A DNA stretch of 64,000 bases, from positions 5,435 to 69,434 of the forward strand of contig CAYYXE010000001.1 of NCBI GenBank assembly GCA_964475655.1. The letters are read 5' to 3'. Under the pieces are notes generated by a model, which worked only from the letters and a program-made list of their open reading frames with translations, had not been told where the DNA came from and ran no database searches. Positions 1-9,663 of the stretch are shown here, piece after piece. Source of the stretch: an uncultured Candidatus Saccharibacteria bacterium. Its GTDB lineage: Bacteria; Patescibacteriota; Minisyncoccia; Phycocordibacterales; UBA9973. Each line of letters opens with the position of its first letter. The stretch's first letter is position 1. Both the position numbers and the translations under genes were made by a program.

Positions 1-66
1 CACTATGGTATGGGGAGAGATGCGATCATCGCAGCGGTGATGAAAGTGATTGAGCGGAAGGGTTAG
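1..66 (+). CDS. 3' end of probable transketolase C-terminal subunit (partial)
   Basis: Frame 1 reads HYGMGRDAIIAAVMKVIERKG*, resembling a transketolase C-terminus; lies next to pfkB and aldolase genes. Confidence 0.5.
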   Translation, partial: HYGMGRDAIIAAVMKVIERKG

Positions 67-503
67 TTGAGTCTCTTGTGAGAAGATGGTTTGTCGACTT
101 GGGCACTTTCTACGCCTATAATTTGTTCGGTTTTGTCGACGAGAATTTGGAGTTTCTTTTCTATTTCATCTATATCGGCTTGAATCAATATTTCATTTTG
201 CACTTTCAGGTCATGAATTTTATTTTCAAGTTTAGTAATCTCTTGATGCTTTTGTGCGATTTCTCGAGAAACGTCTCGTTTGTTTTGTTCACGGATCAAA
301 GAATCAATTTCATTATCTAGTCTATGTAATTTTTCTTTTGCTGCTAGAAAATTACTAATGTCGTCAATTTCTTTGGTGTACACCTCTTCTTTTTTGTAGA
401 GGAAATTTTTCATGGTGGTTGATGCATCTTCGGCTACTCTATTCTGACTATTTACCGCTTCTTTGAACTCTTTGCTGTTGAAATTAAATTTTTCGGATGA
501 CAT
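63..503 (-). CDS. Hypothetical coiled-coil protein, AT-rich
   Basis: 146-aa ORF rich in E/K/Q/I heptads; AT-rich relative to neighbours. Confidence 0.7.
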   Translation of the reverse strand: MSSEKFNFNSKEFKEAVNSQNRVAEDASTTMKNFLYKKEEVYTKEIDDISNFLAAKEKLHRLDNEIDSLIREQNKRDVSREIAQKHQEITKLENKIHDLKVQNEILIQADIDEIEKKLQILVDKTEQIIGVESAQVDKPSSHKRLN

Positions 504-522
504 ACAGTATAGAAATTATCTA

Positions 523-1515
523 TTAAAACAACGGCTGTGGAGCATAGCTCGCAGGGGCCTTACTGATATATTCTTCAATTTTTTCTGGGTGAAGCAAGCC
601 TTCTTGTGCGCCCACATACTGCACGACTGACATAGAGTTTACGGGGCCCCACATGAGGGCTTCGGGGATCGACTTGCCCATGAGGAGTGCTGCAGAGACG
701 GTAGAGGCAAACGCATCGCCGGCACCGGTGCGTTCAAACGGATCGTGTGGATAGACTGGCATAAACCACGCTTGTACACCATCGGATGCATATGCGCCAT
801 TGATGCCGTCAGTGATAAAGACGAGCTTTGGGCCGAGCTTGTGAAGCGCCTTGATGAGCATGGGAAGCTCCTTTTCTTCAGTATTGAGGATCTTCTTTGC
901 TTCCTCCAGATTACAGAAAAACGCATATGTGTTGGCATAGAGGTCTTTGAGTACTTCAATTCCGAGTTTGATTTGAAACGTGCCAGGCTGAAAGACCAGC
1001 TTCATATCAAGATGTGCCTTTACATACTCAGCGATTTCTTGGTGGTACTTCTCGGTGTGGTCGCCAAGCGAGGAGAGGTAGAGCATCTTGGGAGCAACAG
1101 GGATGCTCGGCATCATGACGGGGTATGACTGATGCTTGACGAGGATGGTGCGCTCGACCCCGTACCAGAGCACGTAGTGGTAGTTGGTCGGGATGTTTTC
1201 GTGAGAGTAGACGTAGTGTGTATCAACGCCATTCTTTTTGAGCTCTTCGATCGCCTCCGTACCATGGAGGTCCTTGCCGACATGGGCAAGCAGCGATGAC
1301 TTTAGCCCGAGGCGTGCTGCGGCTACTGCTGCATTTGCACTGTTTCCCACAGCCCGGATTTCTTGGACTGATTCGTAGGGTACTTTGTCGCCAAAGCGAA
1401 CACAGAGCTTGCAGTTGGTCTGATCGAGATCGCAGTGCGCTTCGGCATCTTTGAGCTTGATAAATGCGTCAGTCACAATGTCCCCGATGGCGAGGAAGTC
1501 AATTTGGTTTTCCAT
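523..1515 (-). CDS. PfkB-family carbohydrate kinase
   Basis: GNSANAAVAAARLG and RTGAGDAF PfkB signatures. Confidence 0.92.
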   Translation of the reverse strand: MENQIDFLAIGDIVTDAFIKLKDAEAHCDLDQTNCKLCVRFGDKVPYESVQEIRAVGNSANAAVAAARLGLKSSLLAHVGKDLHGTEAIEELKKNGVDTHYVYSHENIPTNYHYVLWYGVERTILVKHQSYPVMMPSIPVAPKMLYLSSLGDHTEKYHQEIAEYVKAHLDMKLVFQPGTFQIKLGIEVLKDLYANTYAFFCNLEEAKKILNTEEKELPMLIKALHKLGPKLVFITDGINGAYASDGVQAWFMPVYPHDPFERTGAGDAFASTVSAALLMGKSIPEALMWGPVNSMSVVQYVGAQEGLLHPEKIEEYISKAPASYAPQPLF

Positions 1516-1550
1516 GAAAGAAGTATATAAAATAAGCCTCTAAATATACA

Positions 1551-1579
1551 TTGACATTTAATATAATGTATGCTATTAT
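1551..1579 (+). promoter_or_regulatory. Sigma70-type promoter of lipoprotein cassette
   Basis: TTGACA(1551-56)-17 nt-TATTAT(1574-79) with extended TG. Confidence 0.75.
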
Positions 1580-1619
1580 ATAGATATAAAATTCTTTCCA
1601 AACACTTAAATAAACGATA

Positions 1620-1988
1620 ATGAAAAATGTAGTCTTTATTTTGTTTTTTGCAGTAGCATTTTCTTCTTGCAACACATCTTTTTCTGGCGACACTACTTGT
1701 TTAGTACAAATGTATGACCCATTCCAAATAGCTGGAATAAACAGCGAAGGTAAGGTTGTTCAAAAATTAACGCAGGTAAAAATCAGAAAGGCTGACACAG
1801 AGAAACTTCACGAAGGCCAGGATGTATGGTTGTATCAATATTACAACAGTAATATGGGTGAAGCATCAGAATGGAGGGTGGTAAAATATAACCGATACGG
1901 TATTGACACTACTATCATCGAAGAAGTTATGCCGAACTATGGCGCCAAGACCAGTACCTATAAAAAAGCAAGGTTGGTAAAACTGTAA
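1620..1988 (+). CDS. Hypothetical lipoprotein (AT-rich cassette)
   Basis: MKNVVFILFFAVAFSS-C signal peptide II-like N-terminus; own promoter and terminator. Confidence 0.75.
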   Translation: MKNVVFILFFAVAFSSCNTSFSGDTTCLVQMYDPFQIAGINSEGKVVQKLTQVKIRKADTEKLHEGQDVWLYQYYNSNMGEASEWRVVKYNRYGIDTTIIEEVMPNYGAKTSTYKKARLVKL

Positions 1989-2008
1989 AAATTACAAAAA
2001 ATCATTCA

Positions 2009-2037
2009 TAAACCGGTTTAAAAGCCGGTTTATTTTT
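2009..2037 (+). terminator. Intrinsic terminator
   Basis: TAAACCGGTTT-AA-AAGCCGGTTTA followed by T-tract. Confidence 0.7.
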
Positions 2038-2053
2038 ATGCTACACTTCCACT

Positions 2054-2920
2054 ATGAACACCCTTCGGGAGTACATCGCTGATGCGAAGGAAAGGAAGGT
2101 GGCGATCGGCCACTTCAACTTTTCCAACCTCGAAGGTCTTTATGCCATTGCGCGTGCAGCTCGTACGCTCAAGGTGCCAGTGATTGTCGGACTTTCCGAA
2201 GGCGAACAGGAAGCGATTGGTACCAAGCAAGCAGTTGCATTGGTGCATACTATTCGTGAAGCATGGGGCATCCCCATATTTCTCAATGCCGACCATCATT
2301 ATAGTTTTGCAACTGTCAAAGATGCGATCGATGCAGGATTTGATGCGGTGATCTACGATGGCGCGGCGCATCCATTTCAAGAAAATGTCGAAGCAGCAAA
2401 GCAGTGTGTCGACTATGCACGGCAAGTCACACGCGATACTGGACGAGATGTCATGGTCGAAGTTGAGCTCGGCTATATCGGAGAAGGGTCCAAACTTCGC
2501 GATGAGATCCCTGAAGGGCTTGCGGTGATTACCAAAGCATCTGATGCACAGGATTTTATCACTGCTACTGGGGCAGACATGCTCGCACCTGCAGTTGGCA
2601 ACTTTCATGGCATGCTCAAATCCGGTCCCAAGCCTCGACTCAATATCGACTGCATCCGAGAGATTGCATCTACGCTCGATGTGCCTCTGGTGCTCCATGG
2701 CGGAAGCGGAGAAGACGTCGACTTTGTCGCAGCTATAGATGCGGGGATTGCAATCATTCACGTGAACACCGAGCTACGTCGTGCATATACAAGTGCACTC
2801 AAGAATTATTTGCAAAACAATCCCGATGAGATTACACCGTACAAATACGGCACCAATGCTTCTCTTGCGATGGAGGCAGTGGTAACTGAGAAGCTCAAAA
2901 TTTTTAATAAGATTCCTTAG
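2054..2920 (+). CDS. fba: Class II fructose-bisphosphate aldolase family
   Basis: LNADH, VEVELG, AVGNFHG and LVLHGGSG motifs. Confidence 0.9.
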   Translation: MNTLREYIADAKERKVAIGHFNFSNLEGLYAIARAARTLKVPVIVGLSEGEQEAIGTKQAVALVHTIREAWGIPIFLNADHHYSFATVKDAIDAGFDAVIYDGAAHPFQENVEAAKQCVDYARQVTRDTGRDVMVEVELGYIGEGSKLRDEIPEGLAVITKASDAQDFITATGADMLAPAVGNFHGMLKSGPKPRLNIDCIREIASTLDVPLVLHGGSGEDVDFVAAIDAGIAIIHVNTELRRAYTSALKNYLQNNPDEITPYKYGTNASLAMEAVVTEKLKIFNKIP

Positions 2921-4594
2921 ATGTATACCGAAGAATTACAAAAAATAATAAAAGGAGACATTGCGACCGATACTGCAACGCTCGACAAAGCATCGCGCGA
3001 CGCATCACTCTTTGAGATGCGGCCACAAATGGTCGTGTACCCCAAGGATAGCGCCGACGTGCAAGCACTGGTGAAATGGGTTGCCGAAAAAAAGAAAGAA
3101 GATCCAACGCTCTCTATCACTGCACGCGCAGCAGGCACTTGTATGTCTGGCGGATCGATCAATGAGTCGATCATTATGGATACGACGCGCTACATGATGG
3201 GCGTGCTTGAAGTGAATAAGGAAGAAAAGTGGGCACGGGTGCTCCCGGGGACGTACTATCGAGACTTTGATGTCGAGACCAAGAAGTCCGGCCTCATCAT
3301 GCCTGCATATACTGCATCGCGCGATCTGTGTGCAGTGGGTGGCATGGTCGGCAACAACGCCGGTGGCGAGAAATCCATTCACTATGGCAAGACCGAAAAC
3401 TATATACGCGAACTCAAGGTAGTATTTCGCGATGGATACGAGTACGTCGTGAAGCCCATGACGCGCAAGGAGCTTATGCAAAAGATCGGCACGGTAGGCT
3501 TTGAAGCGGAAATGTACAAAGAGCTCTACAAGCTCATCACTGACAACTGGAAGACTATCAGCAGTGCCAAGCCCAACGTTAGCAAAAACAGCGCCGGATA
3601 CTACCTCTGGAATGTATGGAATCCGGACACCGAAGTCTTTGATCTCTGCAGACTTATCGTGGGAAGTCAAGGGACGCTCGGCATTGTGACAGAAATTACA
3701 TTCAACCTCGTACCCGTGAAGCTATACTCCACGCTCTGCGTCGTCTTTCTCAAAGATCTCAAAGACATCGGTCGTATCGTCAACGTCGCGCTTGCACGAA
3801 GCCCCGAAAGCATCGAAAGCTATGACGACAACACACTCAAGGTCGCGGTGAAGTTTTTTGGAGATTTTCTCCGCAAAAAGAAATTGTGGGGCATGATCAA
3901 GTTTATGTTCTCATTTATTCCAGAATTCTTGCTCACGCTTCGTGGAGGCATCCCCAAGATGATACTCCTTATAGAATTTGCAGGAGATGATCGCGCTATC
4001 ATTCAGCAGGATGCAACGGCACTCGCCCAAGCCCTCAAAGATCAGTTCAACGTCCTCACGCATGTGACCCATAGCGAGGCCGAAGAAGGGAAGTACTGGG
4101 ACGTCCGCCATGAATCATTCAATCTGCTTCGCAAGCATGTGAAGGGCAAGCACACTGCGCCATTTATCGATGACTTTGTCGTACGCCCCGAATACTTGCC
4201 CGAGTTTATGCCCAAGCTCGAAAAGATTTTGGAAAAATATAATCTTACCTACACGATCGCAGGCCACCCCGGCGACGGCAACTTCCATATCATTCCGCTC
4301 ATGAATCTCAAAGATCTCAAGACGCGTGAAGTGATCCTGTCTCTCTCCGAAGAAGTGTATGATCTCGTGCTCGAGTTCAAAGGCTCCATCACTGCCGAGC
4401 ACAACGATGGCATCATCCGCTCTCCATATCTCGAGAAGCAGTACGGCTCCATCATCACCGGACTCTTTGAGGCAACCAAAAACATCTTTGATCCAATGGT
4501 TATCTTCAATCCGCACAAAAAGGTGGGCGTGACCAAAGACGATATTGCGAAGTATCTCTCAAAAGGAGATTACGGAGAAGCTACCAAGAAATAA
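2921..4594 (+). CDS. FAD-linked oxidase (D-lactate/glycolate oxidase-like)
   Basis: ARAAGTCMSG, GGMVGNNAGG, GSQGTLGIVTE, GHPGDGNFH and TAEHNDG motifs. Confidence 0.88.
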   Translation: MYTEELQKIIKGDIATDTATLDKASRDASLFEMRPQMVVYPKDSADVQALVKWVAEKKKEDPTLSITARAAGTCMSGGSINESIIMDTTRYMMGVLEVNKEEKWARVLPGTYYRDFDVETKKSGLIMPAYTASRDLCAVGGMVGNNAGGEKSIHYGKTENYIRELKVVFRDGYEYVVKPMTRKELMQKIGTVGFEAEMYKELYKLITDNWKTISSAKPNVSKNSAGYYLWNVWNPDTEVFDLCRLIVGSQGTLGIVTEITFNLVPVKLYSTLCVVFLKDLKDIGRIVNVALARSPESIESYDDNTLKVAVKFFGDFLRKKKLWGMIKFMFSFIPEFLLTLRGGIPKMILLIEFAGDDRAIIQQDATALAQALKDQFNVLTHVTHSEAEEGKYWDVRHESFNLLRKHVKGKHTAPFIDDFVVRPEYLPEFMPKLEKILEKYNLTYTIAGHPGDGNFHIIPLMNLKDLKTREVILSLSEEVYDLVLEFKGSITAEHNDGIIRSPYLEKQYGSIITGLFEATKNIFDPMVIFNPHKKVGVTKDDIAKYLSKGDYGEATKK

Positions 4595-4607
4595 AGACCA
4601 GGACTTT

Positions 4608-4889
4608 TTAATGAGTACTGGTCTTGCTGCGTTTCTTTTTTACTCTTTCATATTGATAATCTACAAGACTTCTGAAAAAATCGTTCAATAAATCAAAAAT
4701 AATCCAAAATATTGATCCAACCAAAACAGAAGAAGAGATGAATACCCCTAAGGTATTTGCGTGTGTGCTTTTATCAGAAAAATAGTTTAGACAAACTAAT
4801 GAGCAAAATATGATGCCAATGCTAAATACTAATTTAAGGCTTGTAAAAAACAATCTACTACCAAGAGTAAATGAAGGATCTTGTTTCAT
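4608..4889 (-). CDS. Hypothetical 2-TM membrane protein (AT-rich cassette)
   Basis: Two hydrophobic segments; minus-strand promoter TTGACT(4930-25)-17-TATAGT(4907-02). Confidence 0.65.
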   Translation of the reverse strand: MKQDPSFTLGSRLFFTSLKLVFSIGIIFCSLVCLNYFSDKSTHANTLGVFISSSVLVGSIFWIIFDLLNDFFRSLVDYQYERVKKKRSKTSTH

Positions 4890-4980
4890 AATTTTTTCTT
4901 TACTATAAAATAATAAACCAATTAAGTCAATCCTATTGTCGATTTTACAAACCTATCATTTTTGTGTATAGTAGTGCCCT

Positions 4981-5619
4981 ATGATTACATTAGCTGCTAC
5001 CAAGAGAACGAATGAAAGTCCGGCTGCACTCCGGGCAGAGGACAAGATCCCTGCGGTCTTTTATGGCAACAAGAAGGAAACGACTTCTATTGCGATCAGT
5101 GCGCGCGAATTTGCCAAAGTATGGAAGGAGGCAGGTGAGACTACGACCGTGACGCTCGATGTAGGAGGGGAGAAGGTAACGACGCTTATCCACGATATGC
5201 AGCTCGACCCGATCATGAATGTCCCTACTCACGTAGACTTCCTCGTCATCGACATGAAGAAGGAAATCGAAGTGGCAGTGCCAATCGAATTTGTCGGTCT
5301 TGCAGAAGCCGAAAAGGGCGGACTTGGTACGCTCGTGAAAGTACTTCACGAAGTGCAAGTACGCGCGCTTCCAAATGACTTACCACACGGCTTTGAGGTG
5401 GATGTGACGCCGCTTGCAAGTCTCGACATGCAGATCCACGTCAAGGATATCGCTCTTCCAAAGGGTGTGACCATGGTGACTGATGGCGAAGAAGTCGTAG
5501 CACTTGTCGCTGCATACAAAGAAGAAAAAGAAGAAGCGCCTGCTGCGATCGACTTTGATGCGATCCAGGTAGAAGAAAAGGGTAAGAAGGAAGAAGAAGG
5601 CGAAGCTGCTGCAGAATAA
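4981..5619 (+). CDS. rplY: 50S ribosomal protein bL25/Ctc
   Basis: KIPAVFYG, HVDF, Ctc C-terminal domain and acidic tail. Confidence 0.93.
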   Translation: MITLAATKRTNESPAALRAEDKIPAVFYGNKKETTSIAISAREFAKVWKEAGETTTVTLDVGGEKVTTLIHDMQLDPIMNVPTHVDFLVIDMKKEIEVAVPIEFVGLAEAEKGGLGTLVKVLHEVQVRALPNDLPHGFEVDVTPLASLDMQIHVKDIALPKGVTMVTDGEEVVALVAAYKEEKEEAPAAIDFDAIQVEEKGKKEEEGEAAAE

Positions 5620-5691
5620 ACAACATTTTTCCACACAGCACAATAGAAAACGATGTAAGACTCTTGGTATACTGAGAGTCTTATTTCATAT

Positions 5692-7062
5692 ATGCTCAAA
5701 ACGTTTGGTATCGCAGCGATCATCGTACTTGGTATAGGGGTGTCGGCACACTTCTGGTACGCAGAGGCTGCAGATACACAGCCGGCAGTGTGCGTAAACC
5801 CAACCTCAGACGACATCGCACAGGCATGTAAAGACTATGCGGTAGAAACGGCCCGTCTCAAAGAGCTTCAAAATCAACTGAGTCAACAAAAGGCAAAGAG
5901 TGGGACACTGCAGTCTACGGTCAATGGCATTATCTCTCAGATCAACTCCACCCAGACCAAGATCCGCGACAAGATCAACACGATCGGCACACTCTCCAAG
6001 CAAATCGGTGAGAAGTCAAAGGCGATCAACGACCTTTCGGCTGAGCTTGATCGTGAACACGACTCGATGGCACAGCTCGTCAAGCGCACCAACGAGCTCG
6101 ATCAAAAGGGTGCTGCATATGTACTTCTTTCTACAGATTCTGTTACTGATTTTTATCAGGATCTCGACGACTTCATGTCGATCAAGCAGTCGCTCTATGC
6201 ATCGCTCGACAAGATCAAGCAGATCAAATCATTGACTGAGGACCAAAAGGAAGACCTCCAAAACAAGCAGGCCCAGACCCTCGATGCCAAGAACGCACTT
6301 GAGAGTGAAAAGAAGAAATTGAGCGTGTCTCAGGCTGAGGCAAAGAAGCTTCTCGATACCTCCAAGACCGAAGAGCAGCGCGTCGCCTCGACAGTGGCTG
6401 AGCAGCAAAAGAAAGTCTCAGCGATCGAAAGCAAGCTCTTTAGCTTTGCGGGAGGTGCGACCAAGGCGATCCCGTTTAAGGATGCATATGCCTATGCACA
6501 GGAAGCCTCAGGTGCCACCGGTGTGCGCCCTGCATTGATACTTGCGATTCTCACCCAGGAGTCAAACCTCGGATCAAACGTCGGTACGTGCAACCGCGCC
6601 GGCGACCCACCCTCCAAGAGCTACACCGCCGTGATGCATCCGACGCGCGACATCCCCGTCTTTTTGCGCATTACCAAGGCACTCGGACTCAATCCCGATA
6701 CGACTCCCGTATCGTGTCGTGTAGGCAATGTCGGCTACGGAGGCGCGATGGGACCTGCGCAGTTTATCCCGTCGACCTGGGTCATGTATGAAGGAAAGGT
6801 CGCCGCAGCGCTCGGCAAAAGCACTGCCAACCCTTGGGTAGCGCGTGATGCGATCATGGCCTCTGCAATGCTCATGAAGGCAAATGGTGCAACAGGGAGC
6901 GAAGCTGCAGAGCGCAACGCTGCCTGCCGCTACTACTCAGGACGTTCTTGCGATGGCAAAAAGCCTGCCAACAGCTTCTACGGCAACTCGGTGATGGCTC
7001 TTGCCCGCACCATCCAAGCCGATATCGACTATCTCGTGCAGTACGGGGTGTCGAGACGATAG
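5692..7062 (+). CDS. Secreted coiled-coil protein with lytic transglycosylase (MltB/SLT-like) domain
   Basis: Signal peptide, long coiled coil, LTQES catalytic Glu and GAMGPAQFIPSTW motif. Confidence 0.85.
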   Translation: MLKTFGIAAIIVLGIGVSAHFWYAEAADTQPAVCVNPTSDDIAQACKDYAVETARLKELQNQLSQQKAKSGTLQSTVNGIISQINSTQTKIRDKINTIGTLSKQIGEKSKAINDLSAELDREHDSMAQLVKRTNELDQKGAAYVLLSTDSVTDFYQDLDDFMSIKQSLYASLDKIKQIKSLTEDQKEDLQNKQAQTLDAKNALESEKKKLSVSQAEAKKLLDTSKTEEQRVASTVAEQQKKVSAIESKLFSFAGGATKAIPFKDAYAYAQEASGATGVRPALILAILTQESNLGSNVGTCNRAGDPPSKSYTAVMHPTRDIPVFLRITKALGLNPDTTPVSCRVGNVGYGGAMGPAQFIPSTWVMYEGKVAAALGKSTANPWVARDAIMASAMLMKANGATGSEAAERNAACRYYSGRSCDGKKPANSFYGNSVMALARTIQADIDYLVQYGVSRR

Positions 7063-7071
7063 AAGCATCTG

Positions 7072-7186
7072 TCGCCTCGAGCCGCAATGATTTTTTTGGT
7101 CCTCGGGTCGGCCCGGCAGGGGACCCTCAACCAGACGCAAAAAAATCATTGTGGCTCTCAGCTCCAGCTTTGCAAGTATGAGGCGA
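7072..7186. repeat. Structured palindromic intergenic element
   Basis: 20-bp stem 7079-7098/7138-7157 (one G-U) closed by TCGCCTC/GAGGCGA. Confidence 0.7.
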
Positions 7187-7234
7187 GGTATGAGCCCTTG
7201 AATGAATTGAAGCTCTATGCTATAGTAGCCTCCT

Positions 7235-7486
7235 ATGAAAAAGGACATCCATCCCACCAACTTCCGCCCCGTTATCTTTGTGGACAACTCTTCTGACACG
7301 CAGTTTTTGATCGGCTCAACCGTCAAGACCTCAGAAAAGGGCAAATACAATGGCCAAGAATACGATCTCTACCGAGTAGAAATCTCAAGTGCGTCGCACC
7401 CGTTTTACACTGGTACCGAAAAGGTGATCGACACTGCAGGACGCGTCGACCGCTTCAAAAAGCGCGCAGCAGCTGCAAAGAAATAA
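7235..7486 (+). CDS. rpmE2: 50S ribosomal protein bL31 type B
   Basis: [19 protein letters not shown] and DTAGRVDRF motifs; no Cys. Confidence 0.95.
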   Translation: MKKDIHPTNFRPVIFVDNSSDTQFLIGSTVKTSEKGKYNGQEYDLYRVEISSASHPFYTGTEKVIDTAGRVDRFKKRAAAAKK

Positions 7487-7497
7487 CTACGTCAAAC

Positions 7498-7529
7498 GCC
7501 GCTCTTGGAGTACACTGAGAGCGGCTTTT
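7498..7529 (+). terminator. Intrinsic terminator after rpmE2
   Basis: GCCGCTCT/AGAGCGGC stem followed by TTTT. Confidence 0.6.
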
Positions 7530-7537
7530 GCAGTACC

Positions 7538-8485
7538 ATGGACCTCGACTCACTCAAACAAAATCACAAGACCCACTACCTCGCCACCGAATACGAGCGG
7601 CTCTTGAAACAAGAAGAAGAAGTGCACGCACTCATTGCAAGCGATGAGTCTATGAAGGACATCGCCGCTGACGAGCTTGCATCGCTCCAGGTCCAAAAGT
7701 CTGCCATAGAAGACCAGATCAAGGCTATCGAAGCTGCCGAAAAGGAGGAAGAAGAATTTCCCAACGAAATCATCCTCGAAGCGCGCTCGGGTGCAGGAGG
7801 AGATGAAGCAGCGCTCTTTGCGACCGAGCTTGTGGCCATGTATGAAAAGTTTGCTGATATGCGCGGGTGGAAGACCAAGCATATCGACGACTACACGCTT
7901 GAGATCCATGGCAAGGACGTGTACAAGCTCTTGCGCTACGAGACTGGCGTACACCGCGTCCAGCGAGTGCCGGTGACCGAAAAGATGGGTCGCATTCATA
8001 CGTCGACTGCATCGATCGCCATACTCCCGATCCGCAAAAAGACGAAGTTTGTGATCAATCCTGCAGATCTCGATATGGAGTACTCGCGCTCAGGAGGTGC
8101 GGGCGGCCAAAACGTCAACAAAGTCGAGACAGCGGTGCGTCTGATCCACAAGCCCACTGGTATTGATGTGCGCTCGACGAGTGAACGCAGCCAGCTTGCA
8201 AACAGAGAGAAGGCGCTCATGATCCTCACCGCCAAGCTCCAACAGCTCAAAGAAGAAGAAGAGGCGCAAAAGTACTCCGGCGACCGCAAAAATCAAATCG
8301 GCACTGCAGATCGCTCCGAAAAGATCCGCACCTACAACTTCCCCCAAGACCGCGTCACCGACCACCGCATCCGCCAAAACTTCTCCAATATCGAAGGCAT
8401 CATGCTCGGCAAAATAGACAAGATCATCGATGCCATGCAGGCCGGAGAGGTGGGTGAGGCGAGTGGTGACGACTCGGACGAATAG
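7538..8485 (+). CDS. prfA: Peptide chain release factor 1 (short N-domain)
   Basis: [12 protein letters not shown] (PxT), GAGGQNVN and [12 protein letters not shown]; start at the second Met is an estimate. Confidence 0.93.
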   Translation: MDLDSLKQNHKTHYLATEYERLLKQEEEVHALIASDESMKDIAADELASLQVQKSAIEDQIKAIEAAEKEEEEFPNEIILEARSGAGGDEAALFATELVAMYEKFADMRGWKTKHIDDYTLEIHGKDVYKLLRYETGVHRVQRVPVTEKMGRIHTSTASIAILPIRKKTKFVINPADLDMEYSRSGGAGGQNVNKVETAVRLIHKPTGIDVRSTSERSQLANREKALMILTAKLQQLKEEEEAQKYSGDRKNQIGTADRSEKIRTYNFPQDRVTDHRIRQNFSNIEGIMLGKIDKIIDAMQAGEVGEASGDDSDE

Positions 8486-8603
8486 CATTTTTGGCGCCGA
8501 GCGACTTCTTCCTGCGGAAGTCGCTCTTGTCCTCAGAAAATCATTTTGCTTCACAAAAACCAAGCTGATTTTCTTGCGGCCGCGCCAAAAATGCTATTCG
8601 TCC
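8476..8603. repeat. 128-bp MITE/REP-like element with perfect 22-bp terminal inverted repeats
   Basis: GGACGAATAGCATTTTTGGCGC(8476-97) / GCGCCAAAAATGCTATTCGTCC(8582-8603), two internal hairpins. Confidence 0.75.
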
Positions 8604-8658
8604 TTTGTTTGACTATGACTTGAAAATCTGCCTGAAATAAGTATAATGATCCCACCAC

Positions 8659-8730
8659 GCGTGTATAGTTCAGTGGTAGAACGCTGTCCTGATAAGACAG
8701 AGGTCCATGGTTCGATTCCATGTACACGCA
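8659..8730 (+). tRNA. tRNA-Ile(GAT)
   Basis: Acceptor GCGTGTA/TACACGC, anticodon arm CTGTC-CTGATAA-GACAG, T-loop TTCGATT; CCA not encoded; promoter TTGAAA-16-TATAAT at 8620-8647. Confidence 0.95.
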
Positions 8731-8734
8731 CAAC

Positions 8735-9430
8735 ATGCAGCTCTCCATTGTCGCAACTCCCATCGGCAATCTCAAAGACATCTCACTTCGTGCAAAAGAA
8801 GTGCTTACAGAGGCGACGTTGATCGTAGCAGAAGACACGCGGACGACAGGGCAGCTGTTGAAATTACTCGAGATCTCGTCTGAGGGTAAAACATTTCGAT
8901 CTTCGCATGCACAGTCGAGCGATATGTCGCTTGCAAAGCTTCTGGTAGAATGCTCGGAGCACGAACACATCGCACTCGTCACCGATGCAGGTACGCCAGC
9001 TATCTCTGACCCCGGTTCGCAGTTTATTGATGAATTTCGTAAGGCGTATCCAGAGGCAACTGTGGTGCCGCTTCCGGGCCCGTCAGCTGCGATCGCAGCA
9101 CTCTCGATATCAGGGTTTCCGGTCAACCACTTCGAATTTGTAGGATTTGTACCGCACAAAAAGGGGAGGCAGACACTCTTTGCAAAAATAGCTGAAACTG
9201 AGCACGCAGTCGTGCTGTACGAATCTCCACACCGCATTTTGAAGACATTGGAATCGCTCGTCGAAGTACTAGGCGAGAGACAGCTCATGGTGGGTCGCGA
9301 AATGACCAAGGCCTTCGAAGAATACAAACGCGGCACCACACAACAGTTATTTGAATACTACAGAAATAATCCTGATAAAGTCCGCGGAGAATTTGTCATC
9401 GTCATTGCTCCTATTCATTACCGTACGTGA
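8735..9430 (+). CDS. rsmI: 16S rRNA (C1402) 2'-O-methyltransferase
   Basis: VATPIGNL, AEDTR, DAGTPAISDPG and YESPHR motifs. Confidence 0.95.
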   Translation: MQLSIVATPIGNLKDISLRAKEVLTEATLIVAEDTRTTGQLLKLLEISSEGKTFRSSHAQSSDMSLAKLLVECSEHEHIALVTDAGTPAISDPGSQFIDEFRKAYPEATVVPLPGPSAAIAALSISGFPVNHFEFVGFVPHKKGRQTLFAKIAETEHAVVLYESPHRILKTLESLVEVLGERQLMVGREMTKAFEEYKRGTTQQLFEYYRNNPDKVRGEFVIVIAPIHYRT

Positions 9431-9444
9431 TATACTAGCCGTAT

Positions 9445-9663
9445 ATGAAAGGGAAACTGAGGCTCTTGCTTTGGATAGGGATCGTGGTGCTATTTTTGCC
9501 GTTTGTGGGAGTACCCGACTGGCTCCGGACCGCACTTACGATAGTTATCGGTCTTGTGCTTATTTATCTTTCGTACACGATCAAATATGCGTACAAGAAG
9601 CTCAAGTTTGAACTTCGTCCACAGGCGCATGAGCCCCTCGCTACAGACATTCACCATGCATAA
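9445..9663 (+). CDS. Small 2-TM membrane protein
   Basis: LPFVGVPDW hairpin TM pattern; TGATATACT 8 nt upstream of ATG. Confidence 0.75.
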   Translation: MKGKLRLLLWIGIVVLFLPFVGVPDWLRTALTIVIGLVLIYLSYTIKYAYKKLKFELRPQAHEPLATDIHHA

